A stretch of DNA of 64,000 nt. Origin: Hypanus sabinus (lineage: Eukaryota). How positions within the stretch are numbered: the first letter of the stretch is position 1; each line of letters starts with the position of its first letter. Below the pieces are notes generated by a model. It worked only from the letters and a program-made list of their open reading frames with translations. It ran no database searches and was not told where the DNA came from. The stretch spans positions 6,014,001 to 6,078,000 of the forward strand of contig NC_082736.1 of the NCBI RefSeq assembly GCF_030144855.1, written 5' to 3'. This document shows, piece by piece, positions 26,510-38,623 of this stretch. A program made the translations under genes and the position numbers.

Positions 26510-29469
26510 AAATAATGGCAGGCATTGATACGGTCAATAGTGATTCTGTTATCTCCAGGGTCATGGACTCAAAAGCTAGAGATTACATTTATAAACTGAG
26601 AAAGGAAAGATTTAATTGGGACCTTGAGGAGCAGGTTTTGTACACAGAATGTGCGATTTCTATTGAACAAGCTACCCCAAGTGGAGGTATAGGTGGGCAC
26701 AGTTGCAATATCTCTTGGACTGTGGAGAGGGAAGTTTCACAGGGACATGGGCCAAATTCAGGTAACTGACAATGGTTTTGTTTGGCTACTTGGCCAGCAT
26801 GGATGTGTTGGGCTGATAGGCCTGTTTCTGTGCTGCATAATTCAGTGACTAGGTCTGTTGCAGTGGCAGAGTGGGAGGGACAGGGTCAGTAGTGAGAAGG
26901 TTTGGGGGATGTAGACAGGAGAGTGAATGGTTGAGGATGGGGCAGATGGAACAGAATGTGGGGAAATGTCAGATCACCCATTCCCAGGATCAAACTGTAA
27001 GAGTCGTTTCTACACGGGATGTTCAGAGGGACCTGGGTGTCATTGTAAACTAATCACTTGAGTTAACATCCTGATACAACAAGTATTGAGAGAGGCAAAC
27101 AGTATTTTGTCCTGTGATCCAGGAGGAGTGGAGAAGAGGGGTACAGATGTCTCACTGGGATTCTATTGGGCCCTGGTGAGAGCATACCTTGAATGTAGTG
27201 TCCGGGTTTGGTCACACTTCCTCAGGAAGGATATCCCTGCAATAGAGGGAGTTCAGTGACTATTCCCCACACTGACTGGGCTGGTTCCAGGGATGGGGTT
27301 GGTTATGTGAGACGAAAGTGAATGTGCTGGGTCTGTATTCCTGCAGTTAATGAGAAAACGAGGAAATCTGTTAGATTATTTCTGGATGTGACAGGTAGTA
27401 AGCAAGGAGGATCTTTCCTCTGAATGAGAGCTCCATAACTGAGATAAGTACCCTCAGAATGAGGCATAAATCATGAACATGAGAGAATCTGCTGATGCTG
27501 GAAATCCAAAGCAAAATGCTGAAGGATTTATGGAAAAGAGTAAACAGTCAACACTTTGTCCCAAGACCCTTCCATCAGATCTCGTCCTGGTGATGGTTCT
27601 CAGCCCAAAGCATCAACTCATTACTCTTTTCCAGAGATGCTGCCCGGCCTGCTGACTTCCGCCAGCATTTTGTGTCTGTTGCTCATGCATTCAGGATGGA
27701 AATGAGATGCTATTTCTTTAATCAGAGAACAAAGAACATCTGTATTCCTTATATAAATAATCTGGAGCCTCAGGTGCAGAGTTGTGTCAAAGCTGAGAGA
27801 AAATGTTAGTAAATAAGTAAGTCCATCAGATTTAGGAGCAGAATTTGGCCATTTGGCCCATCGAGCCTGCTCTGCCATTTCATCATCACTGATCATTTTC
27901 TCCTTTTAGGCCCAATCTCTTATCTTCCCTTGTCTCCATTCTGGCCCTGACCAAACAAGAATCTATGAATCTCTGCCTATACCCAGTGATTTGGCCTCCA
28001 CAGCTGCCTGTGGCAAAAAATTCCACCGATTCACCACTCTCTGGCTGAAGGAATTCCTCCTCATCTCCACTCTAAAAGGATGCCCCTCTATTTTGAAGCT
28101 GTGTGGTCTGGTTACAGACACTCCCATCACAGGAAAAGTCCTCTCCACTTCCACTCACTCAAGCCCTTTCACTATTTGATAGGTTTCAATTCAGTAACCC
28201 TTTTTCCTTCGAAGTTCCAGTGAATAGAGGCCTAGAGCCATGAAACGCTCTTCATTAGACAAGCCATTTAATCCTGGGTAAAATTCCCCATTTGTGACGT
28301 AATGTCAATACAATAAATTCTCGATTTCAGAGATTTTTGAAATTATGGATCGATCTGCCCAACATTAATCACTACTTTGTACTGCAGTAAACGCCATTAA
28401 TTTAATCCATGCAATCCCAGGCACAGAGATGCAAAATAAAGACTGGTGTAAATTTAAAGTAGGGAAGTTGAACCTTACTTGGAGGTAAAGCCTGATTAAC
28501 AGGCCTCAGAACATTCCACTCCCCAAATGGTCAAATTAATGCTAAGTAACAAGGTGGAAAATCATGCAACATGCAGAATTACATGCCTTTCATTGTCTTG
28601 CTCCATGGGATAAACTCAAACCGGGCCTGATCCACCCTGGCTGGGTCGCCTGCCTGAGATAGTCTCATGATCATCCAATGACCCTAATTTGTATTCCTAA
28701 TGATGTGTCCCTTTGCAAACCCAGTTCACTAAGCCAGGTGGTGTCAGGCCACGTTAATGAAAGGCATGGGCCAAATTAGTGGCTCCACTACACTACCCTA
28801 TCCACCATAGCCCCACATATCTCACCATACTAAACTCTGCAGCCTTACCTCTCCCTGCCCCACATATACATCCAACCTAGTCCAGGGGTCCAAGGGGACA
28901 CACAGCCCCACAAACCAGATGACTAGTGTAAGGAGGAGGAAGATCCAATAAAGGCAAGTGTTGGACCTGGTGAATGAAGGCATGGGCCAGATCAAAGTGG
29001 CAGCGTTGCGTGACTCTGAATCGAGAGTGACGAGATGAAGAAGCACAGGAGGGGTGATTCTCCCACTGCCCGCATAATCTCTTTGTTATTTTGATTTTGT
29101 TCTGATAGTCCTCTGTCTATTTGAATGTTTTGGTATAATTCATATTTAATTCCAGAGTTTCTGGTCAATGTTGTGTCTGATGCAATGTGTCTGTGATGCT
29201 GCTACAAATCCGTTGTTCCTTTCGCCTGTGCATACATAAACTCTATTTAAACTTTACATTGAAATGTTCAAATCTCTCCTTCGCTTTCCTGTTTCATGAA
29301 CTAAACGTCTTAGTGTTTAATTTTACAATATTTCATCTGCTTTTGAAATTTGCGTTTCTCTTTTCAATGTCAGCCCGCACCCCCGCCTGTCTCTGCCCTT
29401 CTGTACTTCCTCCCGCATTAAACGACAGCGGTAACCGCCACACATTGGCGCCGCTTCCCATCCCCCAGC

Positions 29470-29565
29470 GTTCCGATTGGTGATTCATTTCTCCAAACAG
29501 CCAATGGGAATGCTCATCATTCCCATCTTCATTAACATACCACTTTGGGCGCTGTCTATTTAATC
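29470..29565 (+). promoter_or_regulatory. H2B proximal promoter (CCAAT boxes, octamer-position element ATTAACAT, TATTTAA)
   Basis: ATTGG 29476, CCAAT 29501, ATTAACAT 29531-29538, TATTTAA 29557-29563; same layout upstream of the second H2B. Confidence 0.75.
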
Positions 29566-29615
29566 CGCGTTCCGGACAGCTTCTGCTTATTATTGTGTTT
29601 GAAACCGACGAGGAA

Positions 29616-29990
29616 ATGCCTGATGCACCGAAACCCGCTCCCAAGAAGGGCGCCAAGAAAGCTCTGTCCAAACCGGCGAGCAAGTCTGGCAAGAAGCGCA
29701 AGAGGACGAGGAAGGAGAGTTACGCCATCTACATCTACAAAGTGATGAAGCAGGTTCACCCCGACACCGGCATCTCCTCCAAGGCCATGAGCATCATGAA
29801 TTCATTCGTGAACGATATTTTCGAGCGCATCGCGGGTGAGGCTTCCCGCCTGGCCCATTACAACAAGCGGTCCACCATCAGCTCCCGGGAGATCCAGACC
29901 GCCGTGCGCCTGCTGCTGCCCGGGGAGCTGGCCAAGCACGCCGTGTCCGAAGGGACAAAGGCGGTGACCAAGTACACCAGCTCCAAGTGA
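29616..29990 (+). CDS. H2B: Histone H2B (replication-dependent)
   Basis: 124 aa, [15 protein letters not shown]...AVTKYTSSK. True start is the ATG at 29616; the ORF track extends to an upstream GTG. Confidence 0.98.
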   Translation: MPDAPKPAPKKGAKKALSKPASKSGKKRKRTRKESYAIYIYKVMKQVHPDTGISSKAMSIMNSFVNDIFERIAGEASRLAHYNKRSTISSREIQTAVRLLLPGELAKHAVSEGTKAVTKYTSSK

Positions 29991-30027
29991 AGGCAAGTTT
30001 GCTGACAAAGCAAACCCGAAAATCAAA

Positions 30028-30043
30028 GGCTCTTTTAAGAGCC
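30028..30043 (+). terminator. Histone mRNA 3' stem-loop (H2B copy 1)
   Basis: GGCTCT-TTTA-AGAGCC, then ACTCA and HDE aaagaga. Confidence 0.96.
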
Positions 30044-30639
30044 ACTCACGGTTTCATTAAAAGAGATACAGTCTATTGAGACTTGGAATTCGGGTAGGTT
30101 TCGAATATTTTGTTGGTGAGCTCTTTCAGAATCTTATCTCCGTCAATCAGAATTTGCTGTCCACTGGCCAGTATAATCCCGATTTCTCTGTTACATTCCT
30201 GTGTACAGGCACAGGATCGTTACGCACCCCTTCCCCATTTCCTCTCGGTCATCAGATTCCTCTGACGTGAACACTAATCGCTGTTTCTGGTTTAATTATT
30301 GTGGGAATGCAGTTTATTAAGCTTTGTCACATTTTGGTTACTTCTGTTAACCCCTTTCCAACGCGAGAGCCGAACAGTCATGGTTCGTTCAGAGTATTGT
30401 TTAAAGCTCCACTTTCTGAAGGGCGACCCGTTGGTAAACTGACAGTTTACACAATGACCGATCGCGAACAGAAGCCGAGAATCTGTTTTATTCCAATCGT
30501 TCATCAATTGAAAGAAATCGGTGAACTGAATTCCCAGACACCATCGCAATATTAACTACACTTGGTTTAAATGTGTTGGACTTCAGTAACGGGGGTAAAG
30601 GGTCAACAAACAAACCTGTTGTAGATTAATTTCAGCAAC

Positions 30640-30922
30640 CAAGGCTCTTTTGGCGGTGTTTTGCAAATTTCAGTTTATTTCCGCGGTTAGACGGTTATTT
30701 ACCGCGCTTCTACCATTTCTGTCTCTTGATTGGTGAACAAAGCAGCTCCCTGATTAGAATATTTGCTGTCCAATCAGATAAGGCCAATCACCAATCATAA
30801 GCGACCTGCGACATTGCTGCAGACGGTACAAGAAAGGCCAATGCGCGCATTTCCAGAAGCCTGATTTCTAATGGTCATTACTTCGTTTATTTCTGACTTA
30901 TCAAATCTATCTGACGTGAATC
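30640..30922 (+). pseudogene. H2A promoter remnant without an intact CDS
   Basis: Aligns with the H2A upstream region ~42860-43135, with the same ATTGG/CCAAT cluster. gtacaagaaagg replaces gtataaaaaagg. Possible decayed first codons tatctgacgtgaa vs tgtctggacgtggaa. Confidence 0.7.
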
Positions 30923-30929
30923 AGACTGA

Positions 30930-31893
30930 CCACCATACACAAGTCCCTGGACAACGGGGGCAAAAACGTCCCCAATGTCGTCCTCACCCTGATGGCCAGC
31001 TTGGTGTGTGGCTGTATCAGGTTGTGTGTGGATTCCAGGTACGTGGGCACCAAGTACCACCATGTGTCCAGATTCTACCTGTCGCCCTGGCTGCGAAGGA
31101 TGGGTCTGGCCCCTTTCCCACGCAGCACCCCCGTCGGCTGGTCGTTGCCACCATACCTGTGATGGACAGAGTGGGGTGGTTCCCTGAGCAGACTGTCCAG
31201 TTCATCTGGCAGAATGCCTCATCGCCAGACCTCACCAACAAGCACAAAGACCTCGCCTGGCTGGTGGTGAGAGGGGACCTCCCAGTCCGATCCCTCCTGT
31301 ACGCCCGGAACGTCGTCTCCACGCCCCTCCGCCCACGGGAGGACTGGAGTGAGGAGGAGTCGGTGACTCACCTCTTTGCACACTGTGGGTTCGCGGAAAA
31401 GGTGTGGAGGAGGATTGAAGGGACAGTGTTGAGGTTCATTACCAGCAGCTGCGTAACAGAGGGCTCTGATCTCCGGGCTGTTCCCGGGGACGAACACGGA
31501 GACCAACATCTGGTGCTGCTGGCAGATCATCAGCTCGGTCAAAGACGCTCTTTGGTCGGCCCGAAAATTGATGGTCTACCAGCACATGGAGATGTCCGTG
31601 GGGAAATGCTGCCGACTGGCACATTCTCGGCTGCAGGGGTACGTGCTGAGGGACTTACTCAAACTCGATACAGGCACCGCAAAGGGCCGGTGGAGAAGGA
31701 CCACAGTCTAGGGTTCTTCTCCCGCGGGGGTTGGGGGTATACCCACTGAATGTAAATATAAAAAAAACAGTGCCACGTGGGTGGCGAGGATTTTAAAAAT
31801 GTAAAGACAGTAATGGAAGCAACTGTAAAGAATTGGAAGTCATTGAATGGTTATTGTATTTTTTTTTGAATAAAGTATATTTTGTTTAATAAA
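30930..31893 (+). mobile_element. Tx1/L1-like LINE 3' fragment (zinc-knuckle region and 3' UTR)
   Basis: KHKDLAWLVVRGDLPVR...EESVTHLFAHCGFAEKVW (zf-RVT-type domain); ends in gaataaagtatattttg...aataaaa; frameshifted. Confidence 0.8.
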
Positions 31894-33975
31894 ATGTATT
31901 CAGGAAAACTGTTGTTAACGCATTTAAGTTCTTCCTTCCAGGATTATATCGTTATTAGGCGTGATAGATTTAATTATAAGTCAGGGTTTACACTTATATC
32001 GGGGTCAATAGGCCACTTTCAGGAGGTGGAGTTTTGGTAGAGGTAGTGGTGTTGCAAGTTTTATATAGAAAGGCAGAGGGCACAGAGTTGAGGATGTAAA
32101 TGAAATGTGTGAGGCACTTGTAGAAGTATTTCATTCAACAGGTAGGGGCATTGAAGTGTTTTATTATTATAACCATTGTGGAAAGGTTGGATTTATTTGT
32201 TGGAGAGTATATGTAGCTCTAGCTCACTAAGGGTTGTATGTTTGGGGATTTTAATGCATAGAGTTCACTGTGGGGTTGTTTTCAGAAAGATGGTCATGGT
32301 TTGATTGTAGAGAACTTTTAGATATTTCACATCTTGTGTACCTTACTGGTGGGAGAGTCACGAGATTTAATGTCCATAATAGTTCTGAAACTGCTGTAAA
32401 TTTAACTTTAGTTTCAAATATCAGGCTGGAGTGAGTGAGTGGAATGTCATGGGAGATGGAACACTGAGGAGTGAGCAGTTTCCTCTGTTTATAAGCCTGG
32501 GTTTAGATTTATATCGGGGTTAAGAGGCCACTTTCAGCAGGTGGAACTTTGGTAAAGCAAATTGGGAGAAGTTGTAATGTTTTATGTGATGAACAGAACG
32601 TCTGTCTGGGCTGAATGGTGAGGATGATGTGGATTTCTACAAAGAAAGGTTGTCACATTATTCATCAAACTGGTGTAAGAAATTCATATTAAGAAGGGCA
32701 TTAATAGGAGAAAAGCTGTACCATGGTGCATGGAGCAGTGTGCTGAGGCAATTATTCAGAGAAATGTGGCATTTTGGAAAGTTATGAAGTATCACTCTCC
32801 GCGTGATCTTATTAAGTGTAACAGGTCACAGGCCGTGGTGAGCGAAGTAATGAAACTTGTGAAAGCAAGTTAAAGACAGACGTACTTTATCGATCCCGAG
32901 GGAAATCAGGTTTTGTTACAGTTGCACCAACCAAGAATAGTGTAGAAATACAGCAATATAAAACCATAAAAAATTTAATACTAGTAAGTAAAAAGTGCTG
33001 AGTAGAAATAAGTCCAGGATCAGCGTATTGGCTCAGGGTGTCTGACTCTCCGAGGGAGGAGTTGTAAAGTTTGATGGCCACAGGCAGGGATGACTTCCTA
33101 TGATGCTCAGTGTTGCATCTCAGTGGAATGAGTCTCTGGTTGAATGTACTCCTGTGCCTAACCAACAAATTATGGAGTGGATGGTAGGCATTGTCCAAGA
33201 TGGCATGCAACTTGGACAGCATCCTCTTTTCAGACACCATCATCAGAGAGTCCAGTTCCACCCCCACAACATCACTGGCCTTGCAAATGAGTTTGTTGAT
33301 TCTGTTGGTGTCTGCTACCCTCAGCCTGCTGCCCCAGCACACAACAGCAAACATGATAGCACTGGCCACCACAGACTAGAGGTCATATTGTGATAGTATT
33401 GGAAGGACTATTAAACTTGGAGATGTTTGGGGAATGATTAAGAAAATGGGAGTGCAGGATTCATAGGGTTCACAGTATTGATTAAAGAAGGTAATGCATT
33501 TGTTCCTAAAAGAGAGTAGGTTGAGTTACTGGCTCAGTCATCTGCTGCAATTCATAATCAAAATAATAAAGTAACTAAACAATGTGGGGATTAGGTTTTA
33601 AGAGTATACCTCAATGTGTTGGAAACCAGCTGTAGCAATGAAAGCGATGTAAGGTTTGCTTTGAGTGAATTTAAGAAAACTATTAAGAGTACAGGTCAGA
33701 CGGCTCCAGGAAAGGATGATCCATGTTTAAACATGGATTTGATGGATTTAAACATGTATGTTTAAACGTATGGCCAACAACTCTTGAGATAATGTTACAT
33801 TTTGTGAATCACAATTGGAGTTCAGGCCATCTTCCCTCCTCATGGAAAATAGCAATTGTAGTGTCTATTCTAAAATCTGGGAAACCCCAGTTGGATCCTT
33901 CTAGTTAAATGTCCTATTTGTGTAAATTTATGGAATGTACGATAATAGAGTGGTTGAATTATATTTTGGGAAAGG
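31894..33975 (+). mobile_element. Degenerate I-group (Nimb-like) LINE endonuclease-RT fragment
   Basis: Remnants CIQE, GDFNA..SLWG, TAPGKD, LPSSWKIAIVVSILKSGK; many stops. Confidence 0.6.
32874..33378 (-). mobile_element. Rex1-like LINE 3' fragment nested in the I-group LINE
   Basis: VASAIMFAVVCWG...ILDNAYHPLH (ORF 32887..33372); (TCTG)n tail; same family as 54000-54345. Confidence 0.8.
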
Positions 33976-34699
33976 AAGGTGTTAATATACTGGATTAATT
34001 TGAGCAGGCAAATGCTGGTTCTATGCCACATGTTTCAAAATCAGTCAATGTTTGAATGCAGAAAACTCACCCAGCTACTTCAACACAGCGAGCTTGCACA
34101 AACAATATACTCAATGGAAATGACAATCCATGGCCTCCTACACTGTCGCGATGAGGCCACACTCAGGTAGGAGGAACAACACCTTGTATTCTGCCTGGGT
34201 AGCCTCCAATCTGATGGCATGAACATCGATTTCTTGATCTTCCTGTCATGCCTCCCCTCCCTCCTCATTCCCCATCCCCTTTTCCCTCTCGTTGCCTGCC
34301 CATCACCTCCCTCCGGTGTTCCTTCCCTCCCCCCCTTTTCTTTCTTCCATGGCCTTCTGTTCTCTTGCCTCAGACTCCCCTTCTCCAGCCCTGTATCTCT
34401 TTCACAGAGTGAACCTCTGCATTCACAGACTAGTGACCAGTTGCAAACTGAATATTATAGGGTGAGTGAGAAGGGAACAGCAGGGATGGATTTGAAAACT
34501 CTGGTGTGGAATAGGAACACAAGCAGGTACCTGATGGACTGAGTGGCCTCTCTACTGTACATTAGCTGTGTGGCAGGCAGGAAGCACCTGAGACACAGGA
34601 TTTGAAATAGAGCTGATTAATTTGTCACAGATCCACAGTATTAATGACTGTGTGTTTTCAGACTTCCATTAGCAGAACAACCCTCCAATGCTCAGTAAC

Positions 34700-35424
34700 C
34701 AGGGTTCAGTCCTGGGTGTGATGAACAGCCACAGTATCTGCTGAATATTACATGAAGAGTGTCACATGAACTTCCAACTAGATTCAGTCACCATGATGGT
34801 TAAAATGTTCACCTAGAGCTTATTTCAACTTCCTCCCTGATGTGAAGTTGCCAGTGTTTCAGCAGGTGGAATGACTGAGTAAATTTCTTTGCTGACACAA
34901 GACCGAAGTTTGTCCTCTATGTATGATAAACTCACTGGAGCCTCACAAAGTGGGTGAACTGAATGAATCCTGTCCCACGCTCGGAACAGGTGTGAAGCTA
35001 CACTGAGAGACAGAGACAAATGAGCCAAGTCTAGCTGCTCACTGGTGTGAACTGACTGGTGTTGTATGGGCTCATGTGACTGAATGAATCCCATCCCACA
35101 CACGGAGCAGGTGAAATGCCTCTCCCCGTGTGAACTTGCTGTGTGTCTGCAGGTTCAGTGGCCTGGTGAATCCCTGGCAAAATGAGAGGAAGTGAATGTC
35201 AGCTCAGTGGTATCAACTCTGTGGCCATTTATCAGGTCAGATCAAGGACATGTCCGTGTATTGGGGTTCTCCTTGCTCAGACTGGTGTGCTGTCTTCTCA
35301 ACCATCTCCTCCTTCACATTCAACGATTGGTAGCCTTCAAACGCTGGGGAACTGACAGACTCATCAGACCTGACACACTGATGTGTTTGAGATTCTCAGT
35401 CAGAAATTCTTTGCCTTTTCTATC
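34700..35424 (-). pseudogene. Degenerate C2H2 zinc-finger gene terminal exon (about 4 decayed fingers)
   Basis: Minus strand: GFTRPLNLQTH..VHT.ER/HFTCSVCGMGFIQSHEPIQHQSVHTSE; later TQSFHLLKHWQLH. Frameshifts and stops; acceptor ...tttcacag| at 35425. Confidence 0.75.
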
Positions 35425-37325
35425 CTGTGAAATATTTGCAAAGAAGATCAACTGGTGAAAGACAACATTTTAGCTGAGATTATTTCAGTTTTTGCGTTGA
35501 TGTCTGATGTCACTCTGTTCCAGTGAGGCTGAACACTATTCGGAGGAACAACACTTCTAACCAGCCAGAGTTCAGACATAAGGAAACAACATCAAATTCT
35601 GCTTTCCTCTCCGCCCATCAAGCCGTGACTTGGCTCAGTCTGTCTCTCTCCATTAATATAAGCTTCATACTCTCGGTATGTCCCGCAGACCTCTGAAGAC
35701 ACACAATACTTACAGGGTTGCTTTGTAAGAGTTTCTGCTGATTGTGACCCTGCTGGCATTTGACGGTGGTAAACACAGAGTCAGCAATGCCATTGAACCT
35801 GAAGAGAATGTGATCAGGCTTTCTTGTTGCAGATTGATACGGCGGTATTCTTGTGGTGTGAAAGCTCCTGGTCACTTGTTACCCAGTACGTTACTGTGGG
35901 TTTTCACAAATAAAATGAGATGAGGCATTTTCTGTATAAGGAACACTATAACTCATTTATTGTCCTCCAAACACAGAAATGTAAAAACAGTTTAAATAAA
36001 ACTTCTCGTAATTGCATCATAACATCAGTCCAGCTTCTTTAAGAGAAACACAACTCAATGACGATGGTCGTTAATTATGGAGATTTCCACCCATTACATT
36101 ACCCTACACAGACCCCCCCCCATCCTCTCACTGTTCCCCCTCTTTGATCTTAGCAGCTTATTTCTCTTCAATGTCACTTGCAGGATGATATGTACAGACA
36201 CAGCAGGTCCCTCAGTGTATCAGCGCTTCTAAGGGTGTTGCCATTTACTATGGAGTTTCCTCCAACACTTGAGTTGTAAAACGCCTCACACGTCCAGATT
36301 AAACTCTGTCCCCTATTTCTCCGGCCCTGTTTCCAACTGGTCTGCATCCAGTTCTGTCCACTTGACAACCTTCCTCACCACCCACAAATGCACCAACATT
36401 CATGTCATCAGTGATCTGATCAGCACGTGTGTATTTTAATCTGATCAGACAAAGGTCCCATCGCTGATCACTGTAGACACACTGGTTACATATCTACAGT
36501 CAAAATTATTCTCAAATCCATCAGCCCGAATGTTGCTACACAATACACACCATTCAAACCCTCCCACAGAGACTACAGGGAAGTTACATATTTATCACAA
36601 GCCCAGAGTTGGATTTAATGGTCTGGTCTTGTTGCGCTGGATGCTCTGCTGCAAAGTCCATTCAGAGTAATTCAATGTAACCAGATACATCATCCCTGAG
36701 ATACCAATATACAACATTGATTCACAAACAAGAGAAACTCTGTAGATGCTGGAAATCCGAGCAACACACACAGAATGTTGAAGGAACGCATCAGGCCGGG
36801 CAGCATTTATAGGGAAAAAAGTAGTCAATGATTCAGGCCAAAATCCTTTAGCAGAGTGGAGAAGAAAATCTGAAAAGTAGGTTTAAAAGTTGGGGATAGG
36901 GGAGAGAGAAAACGAGGTGCAAGGTGAATCCTGAAAGGGGACGGGTGAAGTAAAGAGACTGAGAGGAACAGAATGAACCCCACACTCTGACACTGTACCA
37001 GAGACTGACAGGGACAGAATGGACCCCACATGATCACACTGTACCTGAGACTGACAGGTACAGAATGAACCCCACACTCTCACACTGTACCAGAGACTGA
37101 CAGGTACAGAATAAAACCCACACTCTCACACTACCAGAGACTGGGTACAGAATGAACCCCACACTCTCACACTGTACCAGAGACTGACAGGGACAGAATG
37201 AACCCCACACTCTCACACTGTACCAGAAACTGACAGGTACAGAATGAACCCCACACTCTCACATTGTACCACCGAGTGACAGGGATAGAATCAAACCCAC
37301 ACTCTCACACTGTACCAGAGACTGA

Positions 37326-37843
37326 TATTGGAGGATAAAAATATTATGGAGTATAAAAGTTGTATTATTTGTTGTGTAACCAATACTATGCAGTCAGCTT
37401 GCTATGCATGTAACCAAAATGAAATCCTAGGTATGTAAAAGACAATGGTGTGTTAATGAGAGGCAACTAAAGAGATGTAGATTAGTACATTGGTCAGTTC
37501 TGAGTTTGCTATTATTTTGCTCCGTTCTGAGTTTGCTATTTGCTATGCATGTTCCCAATTTAGTAGGAGAATGAAATCTTAAGAATGTTGAAGACAATGG
37601 TGTGTTAATGAGAGGAGGCTAAGAGATGTAGATTAGAGCATGATTAAGTCAATTGGACTTACTTGTGGTACCTGTGAAACTGGAGGAGGAGATAGATATA
37701 AAAACTGTTGTGTCTGGGGATCAGTGGGTAATCAGTGACTAGCTCAATGACTGTTTCAGCTTTGATTTGCAATTTAAAGTTTAACCCTTCTTGAAGAATC
37801 TTCTGTGTCTCTTGTCATTTCTGCGGCACGAGAAACCACGACA
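37326..37843 (+). repeat. ERV 5' LTR
   Basis: TATTGG...CACGACA; internal duplicated block gacaatggtgtgttaatgagagg; TATA-like gatataaaaa. Confidence 0.92.
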
Positions 37844-37847
37844 AAGT

Positions 37848-37865
37848 TGGCGACCATGGCAGGAC
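37848..37865 (+). promoter_or_regulatory. Primer binding site, tRNA-Arg-like
   Basis: TGGCGACCATGGCAGGAC, 4 nt after the LTR; closely complementary to the 3' end of vertebrate tRNA-Arg(TCG)-type tRNAs (...GTCCTGCC(G/A)CGGTCG-CCA), recalled from memory. Confidence 0.7.
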
Positions 37866-38623
37866 CGGAATGAGACTCGCTGAAAGGAAACGACAGATTG
37901 GGGACACTTCCCAGTCCTCCAGGGACTCCCACAAGGCTAACAGAATTAAGGGTGCACCCAAACAAAAGGTAAGCGCTTTTGCGACAATTTGGACTAAGAA
38001 TTCTGTTGGCTTTGGGGAGGTCTTGTAGTCTCATAAGTGTGGAACCACTGCCGAAGGGTCTCTCCGGTCCAAAGAATCTGGCAGGATTGGGGGTTAACAG
38101 AGGAGGCTCAGAGGATTGATCAAGAACAATGCAGTGAAGGTAAGTAACAAATAAGTTAATAAGAAGTTAAGTTAAGAAAAAGTCCACGTGGTGTTGGTAA
38201 ATCCCTGTGGGTACCACTTCGTATGAAACGAAGGGCTGAACGGGCAGGGAAAGGAAAATAGACTAGGCATAGAATTAGAGTAAGTTTAGTTAAGCAAAAG
38301 TCCACATGGTGTTAGACTAGGAAGAAAAAGTCCACATGGTGTTATAGGAAGAAAAAGTCCACATGGTGTTATAGGAAGAAAAAGTCCACATGGTGTTATA
38401 GGAAGAAAAAGTCCATGTGGTGTTAGACTAGGACTAGGTGTAGAATTAGAGTAAATAATATTATCCAGTAAACAAACTGTGAATCTCTGAAATACCTTAA
38501 AAGAGAAAATAACATTACAGGTAAAGGAAGGGTAGTAGAGCTTCTGAGTAAAAAAAATCCTGTTAATTAAAATGAGATCCCATACAACATTGTCAGCAAA
38601 TTCTAGACTTAATAAACGCCATC

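Noticed and set aside
28400-29050. Unassigned segment with a short imperfect direct repeat (aaggcatgggcca at ~28761 and ~28977)
   Set aside because: Too short and degenerate to support any element; no ORF or terminal structure recognised.
29595-29615. N-terminal extensions of H2B (from 29595) and H1 (from 50510) in the ORF track
   Set aside because: They start at GTG/TTG in the 5' UTR; the canonical ATGs are at 29616 and 50540.
30871-31749. 292-aa ORF, the longest in the window
   Set aside because: Only the middle is in the LINE ORF2 frame and the zinc-knuckle cysteines are partly lost; the remainder is off-frame TE sequence.
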